Below, in pieces: positions 35,463 to 46,176 of a stretch of DNA of 64,000 bases; position 1 is the first letter of the stretch, and every line of letters begins with the position of its first letter. Location of the stretch: the NCBI GenBank assembly GCA_020536535.1, contig JAHLWZ010000171.1, positions 62,001 to 126,000 of the forward strand, written 5' to 3'. The stretch is from Pelomyxa schiedti. Its lineage: Eukaryota; Protista; Evosea. The notes under the pieces are model-generated. The model was not told the origin of the DNA, did not search any database, and worked only from the letters and a program-made list of their open reading frames with translations. The position numbers were made by a program, and so were the translations under genes.

Positions 35463-36081
35463 ATGTTGTTGACGAAATTAGTACACCCTGAAATTCTAAG
35501 TGCATTGGGAGGAGCAGGACACGGCTCGAGGGTGTTGATTGCTGATGGCAACTACCCAGTATCAACGACGGCTGGAAAAAACGCAAAGTTGGTGTATCTG
35601 AACCTAATGCCTGGTGTAATTACCGCGACACAGGTGCGTTCCACAGAGGAGCTTCCGTACTCTTTTTTATTTTTTGTCACTCCTGAAAAATTCTCCCAGG
35701 CACTGGAAGCAGTGGTAAGTGCAGTGCCTATCGAAGCGGCACACGTAATGGAGCCAATGAGTACGGGTCCTTATGCCATGTCGGGTGCTCCACAGGTCTT
35801 CACCACTTTAAAACCAGTGAGACTCACTGACAAGGAGAATAGATATGGAGTGAATTCGAAAGCATAATGCGGTCAGCCGGGGTTGGATGTCCAATAGCAC
35901 ACTACGACAGACAGGGATTTTATGAAGCCGTGAAGCAGGTTTACACCATATATTCTTTCCCGATTTAGTGAGTTCTCAAACAAAAACAAAAATCTAGGAC
36001 GACGTATGCTTGGTCATAGCCACGGGTGAAAAGCGGATCTACGCCAACATCCTCCTCACCTTGGGTGTCCGCCGCGACTGA
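35463..36081 (+). CDS. RbsD/FucU-family sugar mutarotase/pyranase
   Basis: LVHPEILSALGGAGHGSRVLIADGNYP and C-terminal FYEAVKQDDVCLVIATGEKRIYANILLTLGV; three introns. Confidence 0.9.
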
Positions 36082-36250
36082 CCCCGACGCAGTTTTGATG
36101 ATTCGCGTTTCTTCCTAAGTTTGCGATAAGGGACAAAAAAATTAATATGCAATTTTGCCTCCTGTTCGCGTGGAATCTTCGGTCGGGTGATTTTTTTTCA
36201 AAAAGGAAGTACTTCACGCAACAGCTGCGCTTTCTTTTGGTAGTAAGACA

Positions 36251-38030
36251 ATGGCGTGGAACCCGTCAGAGCCAGAGACTCTTAGTGGCATCATTACAAC
36301 TAGTAGTAGTAGTGCAGCTAGTCCATCACTGGCTACTGAGCGCACTCCCTTGGTCGTAAAACACAGAGGTACGTGGCTGGTTTTGTTTTGTTTTTTTTCC
36401 CTTTTTGATTTGAAGAACCTAGATGGGGAACAGGTTGTACACTCAGGTTTGGAGACTGTATTTTTGTTTAGTTAATGATTACGTCAGTGTATGGGACCAA
36501 AGGCCTGACATCGACATCACAGGCACTAAGATTCGCCTCTCACTCTTTGGCGAATGATTTGCCCCCAAATTCCTTTGGAAAACTATCAAGTTCACCTCCA
36601 CTCACAAATAAGCTGAGATTAGTTTCCAGACGACAGCATCAATTCAACATTGATGTTCAAGGGAGAAAAGTTTCCAGTAAAGCAAGTATGGATACCTATT
36701 TTTTTATTTCCAAATAGAATAAGTGACCTGCCAACCAACAATAGGAACTCTGTACCATAGCTTACTTGAACTCACTTGGTGGAAACTGTTTCTAATGTTG
36801 CTGTTGGGTTGGGGTGTCATGCACTTATTCTTTGGCCTTCTATTCTTCTGTGGTTTGTCTTGGCTGTCCCTTATTTTTATTATTCACAATCTCAAGGTGG
36901 CCCTGAATCAATCTCTGAAATGGGGGATCAATGGGATGCACAGTTCTACTTCAATTGTGTTTACTTCTCTGTGCAAGCTGGAGCTACCATCGGTTAGTGC
37001 CTTTGTGACTTCATTCACTATTCTAAGTCTGGTAGGAACTCTCAGGTTTTGGTAGATGGAGCCCGATAACAAATTGGGCAAATATAGTTGTGAGTATGGA
37101 GGCGTTTCTGCAACTTACTTGGTCTGCCGTCATAACTGGTGCCTACCAAAAATACTCTTTTTAGCCTCAACAAACAACGATAGGGTTTGTTTTCAGTAAA
37201 ATATCGCGGCCTTCCCTACTCTCTCGCCAGATCCTCTTCAGTGAATATGGTGTAGTGACACACACTATTCCCTATTTCCATGCATCTCAAGAGTCACCAA
37301 CCAGTGGGACCTACCATTTAGATGGTTTCCAATTACCCTACGACCAGTCCTTACATAAGTGCAGACAAATATCCTTGCCTTGCATTCAGGATCGTGAATC
37401 CAAGACATTCTATGATGATCATGCCACTTGTGAGGCTGTTCCTTATCCGCAGCGAACCAGTGGATGGTGTCTCAGAAACTGTAACAATTCATCAGCTTTT
37501 CGCAATCACAAGTACTAAGGTGAAAAAAAGGCCCCTCACGTGTTCCGGACCCATGAACTCAACTATGAACTCAATCAACAGCTTGGACGTGTAAGGTCAA
37601 CACATGTTTCATCACCATATCTGCCGTTACCGTACACTGTCTTTCATGTTTTAGACACTGACAGCCCTCTATATGGTGTTACGCCCGAACAAATGGCGGA
37701 GATGGAAGGAGAATTTGTCTTGATAATTGAGTATCCACTGTCTTTTTTTTAACCGTTCCTCACTTTTTTTCTTCCAGAGGAAGTGATGAGAGCTGCTCAA
37801 ATAACTTCCAAGCACGTTACTCTTACCTTCCCTGTGATATCCTCTGGAATCACCACTTTTTGGGTATGTTCATCACATTCATAATGCCGCTGCTAATTTC
37901 CAATAAACCCACAGACATGGTACAAGTGGATCCCATTTCATCCAAGTTCATATTGCACTTGGAATTACTCAGTGCCACTGTTGAAGACACTCCACCTCAC
38001 ACGAACCAATTGCACCAAACAGGCAATTAA
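36251..38030 (+). CDS. Inward-rectifier potassium channel (KirBac-like)
   Basis: LYHSLLELTWWKLFL (slide helix/M1); spliced pore YFSVQAGATIGFGRWSP; M2 WANIVVSMEAF..FVFSKISRP; cytoplasmic CLAFRIVNPR, HVLDTDSPLYG and ARYSYLP. Confidence 0.88.
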
Positions 38031-38371
38031 AAGCCGAAAAAAAAAGAACAACAAGTGGCAACACTTTCACAATAAATGCACAAGCAGCACCACGTGCCAA
38101 CAAGGAAGCCAGCTTCGTTAGTGTAATTGAAATCAACTAATGTCCGGCTGAACTTCCAAAGACGGCAACTTCAAATAAACAAGGCTACGAAATCAAAAAA
38201 AAACCGAGAGGAAAAAAAATAACCAAATAGTCGCAGCACTGCCCTGCTTTGGTTTAATCTTGTTGGTTGGTGCCGCTTGTTGTCCAAGAGACGGTTGAGT
38301 TGTCAAGAAAGGGGAGAAGGAGTGGAAGGAGGACAAAATCATATTTCCCTTGTTGGTGGTTTTTTTGGAGA

Positions 38372-39289
38372 ATGGGGGATAGTGAGACGACTGAGGAAAA
38401 CAATATAAGTGTTGGGGGTGCCACTTCTGATGATTGCGGGAGTGACGAACCCCTCCATCACGACGCTTATAAAGTCATAGTTATGGGTGCGCTGTGGCAT
38501 TTTATACTTTTTTTGGTCCCACCATTTAATATCTTAATAGAGTTGCGTTTGTTTATAATTTGTATATCCACTCTTTGTCCTTCAATCATTAATGTAATTG
38601 GAACAGGCGACGGAGGTGTGGGGAAAAGTGCCATTACAATAGCACTCACCCAAAAACAATTCATCACCGAATACGACCCAACCATTGAAAACGCGTACAC
38701 ATTTTCATTAACAGTGGAAGAACGAATTTGTATGCTTTCGATTCTCGATACAGCAGGGCAGGAAGAATTCAGTGCTATGGTTAGACCTTCTAAAAAAAAA
38801 AAGAACAAATATTTTAATTATAAAATGAAGCTAAAACAACACAAAGCGAGAAGCATACTTTCGGCAAGGCCATGGATTCTTACTTGTTTGGAGTGTGGCC
38901 GATAGAGCTAGCTTTGACGTCGCACAGCAACTCTACACAAAAATCTTGAGAGTGAAGGAGAGTGATACATTTCCGACAGTAATGTGCGCTAATAAAGTTG
39001 ATGTTGGTCCGGGTGACCGGGTCGTCACCAGAATAGAGGGAGAAGAGTTTGCAAAGAAAAGCAATGCACCGTATTTCGAGGTTTTTACCTTGTGGTCCAT
39101 AAATTAAAACTCACAACACCAAAGACCTCGGCCAAGACAAATCAGAACATTGAAGCCAGTTTTGAAGCTCTTGTGCGGTATATAAGAGTGTTTACAAACC
39201 AGGCACCTGCTGCACCTGTGGAAGCACGGCCAGCCCCGACCCCAAAACCCCACAAGAGGAAACCCAGAGGTCTATGCATTCTTTTGTGA
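38372..39289 (+). CDS. Ras-family small GTPase with CaaX box (CILL)
   Basis: [41 protein letters not shown] and polybasic KPHKRKPR before CILL*. Confidence 0.95.
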
Positions 39290-39781
39290 GAGCTCTGGTT
39301 CTACTCCCCCTTCCTTTTTGTTGGCATGTATCACCACAGCCGGCCGTGCTGCGCTGTAGATATTTAATATTACCACACCCAACACCAACCTCTGTACAAA
39401 AAGATAACAAAGACAATCCTTTACACTACCAATTTGATTCTTCACCTCCAAACAGTTCCACCTCATCTTCATTGAAACTCCCTGCCACAATGCAAAAGTT
39501 CATTTAATATTGTGGTCATGAGAAACCACGACCACTACCTCGGCGGAGGAAGATAGTGGCTTCCTCTACAAGGGAAGAAACTCAAATGAAAGGGTTAACT
39601 TAGAGTGGTATCTCCTTTTTCCCTCCGAAGCCCTGTTCCGTACAATGTTTTCTTGACTGAAGCCACGCAACAAAGAAATGTGACAATGAATTGGAATAAA
39701 AAAGGAGTGTGGATTTGCTTTTAAATTACAGTGAGATCAACAAATGTGCTTGGTGGTGCCTCGGAAGAGGTGTGGAAAAAT

Positions 39782-41406
39782 CTACAACAAATTACAGCAA
39801 TTGAAAGAGGACGACGCCTTTGGGGGTGGGCTTTCACTTGTTGTGTACATTCCTATTTGGTTGCCCCCGAGAAGGGGCTCGTTTGCCGTCTTGGGTAGGG
39901 GGTTTTTGTTGTCAACTGATATTATCTCAACTCGGGTGTCTTGCATCACCTTGGAAACTGGGATAGTACCATCCAGTGTGATTTTGGCATTGATAGGCGG
40001 AAGTCTGCGTTAAAGTGAGCTTCCATTTGATTCCATTGCGAACACCCATACCGCAAGTATGTACATATGGCGTTGCACTGGTGTACCTCCTTGAACTTCT
40101 CTAATCCACGAGTTCCTAGATTTCCCTTGCTCATGAGGCGATTACTTAGCTGCTCGTTATCGTCGGTGTGCATCTGGAATTGGATTAAAGCAGTATATAA
40201 ATTGCAGGTAAACGCACCTGTGGATCTAGAAAAGTAGTGAGAAAGAAAAAAGGCATGTGACAAACAAGGCCTACCAGTATAAAGGTCACCAACTCCTTGA
40301 ATATCGCAAATCAACAATTTTCGGTCAGAGGCTTCGTAGGTGAAATGGCTGAAAGCTTGGGGTGTGTTCCGTTCCTCTTCACTTACGTAGCCAACTGTGA
40401 AATCGTTTTCAGAATGGAGCTTGGAAAAAGGGAAGTACAATTGTTGTTGTGCTTTCTGTATTCCCCTAATATGTATTTTTCTACCCCACACCTTTTTTGA
40501 ATTAAGAACAAATCGAAGAATAGGTAACGAACAGTGGTGAGTGTTTCCTTTCCACCAATTCCAATAAATATGCCTGAACGAAATCCACTTTTTTTGGAGG
40601 GTTGTATTTGTTGAACAGCTCTGCAAACTGTTTACTGTACATTTGAATTTCAACATCGGTAAAGTATGTTTGTCTTTCCTCAAAGGGGTCAATGGACCTG
40701 AAGTCTACTAAATCCCAGTTGGTGATTTTGGGAAAGTGTTACAGTTTGGCCACAAAGATCTCTTCTTTAGAATGAGGTGTTGAAAACATTGTGCAATAGT
40801 AGCACATTCTCAGGGCGCCTCTTGCAAAAGGTTGGGTTTCGATCTGTGACTTTGAGAAAAACAAAACAACAAGTACGGATAGAGGTACCTTGACAGTAGC
40901 AGACGACTCGGACCATTTACCGGTTCTTCAATTCTTATTAAAAAATTGGCTATACATCGAGAAGGAAACCTGGGATCAAAAAGCCATACTTTGGCTCTTT
41001 CAGCTCTCACGTGGGCAAAGGAGGTTGGGGGATGATGAGGGATAACTTGCGGAACCGCAAGTTCCTTAATCACTAGAAGTGACGAATTACTTATAATGAT
41101 AAAGGAAGAAACGATAACTACCTAGTGGTTTGGAGCTTTTAGGCATTGTGCGGGTGCCCGTGAGTTGATTCACGAGTTGATCTTTTCTCTCGTCGTATTC
41201 CTCTTGACTAGCCATTTATTAGAGCAAGGCCCGAGAAACCAAACTGCCGGGCACGCATACGAGATGTATTGTTGGTCCAAAAGATCTTTCAGAGCCCGTA
41301 TGCTGTCCCACACTTCGGCATTTCGCGACGTAGAAGTGTTACGAGCGATCGTAGGCGGCCGGGACGACTCCGGCTCGTGCCGCTGAGGTGTTGTCGACGT
41401 AGACAT
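39782..41406 (-). CDS. Alpha-kinase (MHCK/eEF2K-type) ending in a CaaX motif
   Basis: RNTPQAFSHFTYEAS..LLICDIQGVGDLYTDPQ, GNLGTRG and HQCNAIC; the spliced last exon ends FNCCNLL*. Confidence 0.9.
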
Positions 41407-41682
41407 CTTTTTCACGAGCCCAGATCTGCGTGTACTGTTGGTCTTACTGCAACCCGCACGCACCACTAACTTTTTTTATTTTTTTGTTCTCCCGTAGGAC
41501 AAAAAAAGATTGATGTTGATGTCTACGGAAATTGCCGGCAAATCGTTTTCTGGTTAATCTGTTCTGCTGAAAAGACCAAAATGCCACCCAAAAAAAACGA
41601 AGAAGGCTAGGGCGAACAGCAAAACAACCAAGATCATATTTGATGTTTTAATTTTGTGGTGTGGTGTGTCTGGGGTCGAGAT

Positions 41683-44600
41683 CTAGATCTTGCCAGACAT
41701 AACTTCAAGAAGTGATGCGGATAAAAGAGCGGCAGCCTCTCGTAGTTCATCTTCGTTGTGCTTGCTCGATACACAAACCCTTATACTTGGTCTTCCGCGG
41801 CAAGTCTCGCTCGACTTGTCATTCACATCCTTTGAAGGCCTTGTCATGTGCGGCGCGTTGCGGAAGCCGCACGATGCGACGTGAACTGAGATGTTGCCCT
41901 TTTTCATGCACATGTCACAGGCTGCTCGGAGTGTATTTACTTCCCATTGATGGGCTCCGGCAGCTCCGCACTCCTTGCAGAATATGGGAATGCCAGTGGA
42001 AGGCGGTGGCGTTGTGAGCATGTGGCGGGATAGCTTCAGATGAATGATTGGGCTTCCGGCAGCACCGTAGAGCTCGAACGAAGACTTTTGCATCGCTGAG
42101 GTGAATACTTGCGCGTTGAAGTGCAGCTTGTCTATGCGGTCTTGTATAACAACCCCATCAGGGTCAGAGGGGTTGGATATCTGGCGCAGTACAACGCGGG
42201 CAGCAGTGCACAAGAACGAGGGCGCGCTGGCGCTAAAGCAGTACGCCCTGGAGGCAAGCGTTTGATCTTCACAGGATCGGAATGTGCCAGCACAGAATCC
42301 TCCTGCGGCTCCAATGAACGTGTCAAGTGATCCAATAAGATAATCCACTGTGGTGGGACTGAGTCCCCAGTACTCAGTAGCTCCGCGACCTGTTTTGCCA
42401 AGAGCTCCAAGGGACAAGCTTTCGTCAACAAGGAGCCTAACACGAGAGAATTTGTCTTTCAGGGCAACTATTTTATGGAGAGGCGCAATGTCCCCAGTAT
42501 CGCGATATAAGCCCTCAACGACAATGAGAATAGATTCAGTTCCCAACTCGGTTTCTCTTTCCAACTCACGCTCAAGCTCGACTACGTCGTTATGTGGGAA
42601 ACTTCTAGTACGAGCAGAGTGAGATAACATAATTCCCAGTCGGATAGAGTCATTGCATGCAGAATCATAGAGGAGGGTACCCTTGGGGTTCGCAAACGTA
42701 GGGATAACGCTAGCGGGAACAGAAACAGCATAGCTATATAAAATTGATCCTTCCACGTGAAGCCAGTTTGCTATGTCATTTTCCAAAACAAGGTGCTCCG
42801 TAGTGGTGCCATAAAATCCACGTGGCCCACAGGTCCCTACACCATATTTCTCAATTGTGGTAACACAGGCGGCTTTCACTGCTTGACTGTTGGCAAGTCC
42901 AAGATAATCATACCTAAGAACACTAAGTGAGGGTTTCACTTCCAAAGATTTATCATACCCATCCAGTACAAGCATATTTTTATTTGCTTGAAAAACGGTT
43001 TGAGGCAAGGGTGACCCATGAGCAAGAGGTTCGCGCAGATTCATTTCAGAAAAATCAATTTCTTCGCTCTTTACTTGAAGGGAGTCAATCATTAAATATA
43101 TAAATTTGAACACCACCTGCGTAGTGTTCATCCCTTTTTTCTTTGGTTCCGAAGTCAATGTGCAGTTTCTTACCAATATCCGTCATAATTGCAACAGCAC
43201 GATCCAGCTCATCGTCGGTATGAGCTGCACTTACACAGAATCGAGCCCTTCACCAAGTTAGGTGAATTGAGAAAAGTAGAAACTTCACCGTGTCTGAAGT
43301 ACAGGTGTAGCTGGGTATCCAACAACCACCACTGCAATGTTTTTCTTGAGGCACTGCCTGGAAAAGGTTGCTGTTGTTTTGGGGTGACCTATCAGCATTG
43401 GAACCACTGGTGAATTGTCTGGTCCCACCATGGTAAAGCCTGCCTTCTTCAAGCCTTCATGGGTTATTATGATGATTATAACCCAGAAAAATATTTACCA
43501 CTGTACAAGTGATGACTGTTGCGTGCTAGTTGTGCAACCCTCGCAGCTCCCTCTGGAGTTTGAAGTAATCTCAACGATTCCAGAATTTGACGAGCACATG
43601 GAGGGGACATGCTTGCCCCAAATAGATAAGCAAAGCTGATGTTCCTTACAAGATTAACAACGTCAGTACTTCCCGCAACATATCCACCAATGGAGGCAAA
43701 AGACTTGGTGAAGGTCCCTGTGAAAAATAAAGTCAGACAGAGTTACAAGTTTTCGACTTACCCATCAATACATCAACAGACTTGGGGTCAATGGAAAAGA
43801 GGTCACAGACTCCTCTACCATTAGGTCCAACAGCCCCAATGCTGTGGGCCTCATCAACATACAAAAAGGCGCCATATTTATTCTTCAAAGCAACAAGTGC
43901 TGGCAAGTCACAAAGCTCTCCCTCCATGCTGTACATTCCTTCTACAACAACTAGGATTTTCTTCCAGGGCTTACCAGCTATTAGGAAGTGAGAGATTGGA
44001 TAAAAAGTACGAGTGGCAACCATTGCCAGTTTCTACAGCTCGTTTTAGTTGAAGTTCCAAGTCTTTCATGTCGTTGTGCTTAAAAACACGAACCTTGGCT
44101 CCAGAAAGTCTGTTGTTTTTTTATAAGTACAAATAACCAAAAAGATGACTAACCTAACACCAGTAATAATGGAGGCATGATTGAGAGCGTCAGAGAGGAT
44201 CAAGCAATTTTCCCCTACAAGAGCAGATACACCAGCACCATTAGTGGCAAATCCCATTGGTATTATCGCAGCTGCCTCTACACCTAAAAATTTGGCTACA
44301 GCTTGCTCGGCTTCAGCTTGTTCCTGGCAGATTCCAAGCTCGGATGGTGTGGAACCTTCATTCCGTGAACAAAAGCGCAAGGTAAAGAAAGAAAATCTAG
44401 TGAAATTACCAATAGATACGCCACTGGTCCAAACAGACTCAATAACAGCAGGAGTTATGACTGGGTGAACCCCACCAAAACCCAGGTAGTTATAAGAGGC
44501 CAAATTGAGAGAGTGAATGCAAGAATCCCCATTTAAGGAGACCGGAACAAGTCTTTCATCATTCCCACTCCCCTGAGATACTCTGTCAACCACATCAATC

Positions 44601-44973
44601 CAGCTTCCAGGAGAGCTGCACACGGGCCTGTATGGAAAAGTTGAGCACTATCTTTCCCCCCAATCCCTCCATTTAACACAAACCTGTTCCAGCAATCGCA
44701 AATCACGCCATACATATACCCCTGGAAAAATTCATTCCAACTAGGAATAAGCCTTCCGCCACAAGGCTTCCTCGGCACAGTCTTACCCATCAACTTATCC
44801 CACACCCATAGGCACTCATACACAAGCTGCCACCACGCTCCGGCCAAGAACAACCAGGTATATCCAAGGAACGCGTGCGCGCGGTAGCCAAAAATTCGTG
44901 CTATTATCAAGTAGGCCCCCAATGGTTTTTCGGTGGGGTCGTTTGGAATAGGAGGCCTCTCAGTGCCTAACAT
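41683..44973 (-). CDS. Single-chain serine palmitoyltransferase (LCB2-LCB1 fusion)
   Basis: LCB2 half: [27 protein letters not shown] and GTFTKSF (PLP Lys). LCB1 half: [15 protein letters not shown], with no Lys in GSLDTF. A 43-nt GT-AG intron (43074-43116) joins the halves in frame. Confidence 0.88.
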
Positions 44974-46176
44974 CGTCGTGGTAATCTTATTGTTGGAAGA
45001 AATGATTACCAAAAAAAAAAAAAAAAAAAAAAGGTGCGATACGATACTACAAACGCAAGCCAAAACCTCAAGAGAAGATGGGGCCACAAAGCCACACAAC
45101 AAACGAAAGAGAAAAGAAAGTACCGGTAGTTGAGTGCGAGTGGTGTGGTTTTTAATTGATTGTATTTCTATGTATCGGAGTAATCTGTTTCGCTTGACTT
45201 TTCCCCGGCTGCCTACCGTTGTTCACCAAGGGAACGGATTTCTCGTGCAAGGGTGACGAATTTCCTACCGGTGCTTTTTCTGCCTGTGACAGAAAAGTGC
45301 AGTCCACAATTACCGCTCTTATTTGAGATCCTGGGAGGTGAGATGCAGGTTTTTTTGGGTGAAGCTGCACTTGTCTTGGACCCAACACTCCCGTAGTACT
45401 GTAATCTTACGGCAGGTTCTTATTGCTGGCGAGGGGGAAGGAGATTTAGAAGGATTTTGCTCCTGAGAATGCTTCACGGAACAATGATGGAAGCCCTGGA
45501 AGGCCTTTCTGATTGAGGGAGAGCCTCGAGAGATCCCGAGCAGTAGTCAGGTGGGTGAATAACATAGCGTCTCATTTCGTTCTCATCGCCAGCGGAGTGG
45601 TTGGGTTTGATTATGCCAGTCGCACCCCGTGTCTCTCTTAGGGAGTGAGCTTTTCCTTCGTTCCCCGAAGTAACATCAGGGGTCCTCAACATTGAACCCC
45701 TGCAGAGGAAACATCAGCACCCAATAAAGATATCACGGTTACTTACTTCGTCTGATTCGGAAATGTACATGTCATCTCGCGGACTGAAGAACATTCGCTG
45801 TTCTGGGACACGAACGCCACACAAAAAGTCCAAAGCACGGACCGCCCGAACAAACACCTAATAAATAAACAAAGAGCAAAACAAAAGTTGAACAGCACCC
45901 GAGGGAGAAACCTACTAGATGCGCAACACAACCAATGGGCCCACTCCTTCCAATGACCTAGTCGTTTGCATTGAATCTGGGGAGACTGAGTCCTGCCATA
46001 CTGGTAACTGTTGGCTATTGGTTGACTGCAGAAGTGCATTTTTTGTTTTGTTGTTGTTTGTGGTCTCCTTCTTCACTCTGGGACTAAACGAAACCAATAA
46101 CCAAACAAACTTTGATTGACTATGTGATGCAGCAACTACAACTACGACGTCGTCGGGCACGTCTGGCACGAGCACC

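Noticed and set aside
22565-36081. Bacterial contamination or an endosymbiont contig as the source of the bacterial-type genes
   Set aside because: Each gene has GT-AG introns and is contiguous with clearly eukaryotic genes, with no gap between them.
38660-38700. Ras effector loop YDPTIENAY (N instead of D) as a novelty
   Set aside because: Such variants occur in other Ras-family members, including Rheb and amoebozoan Ras paralogs.
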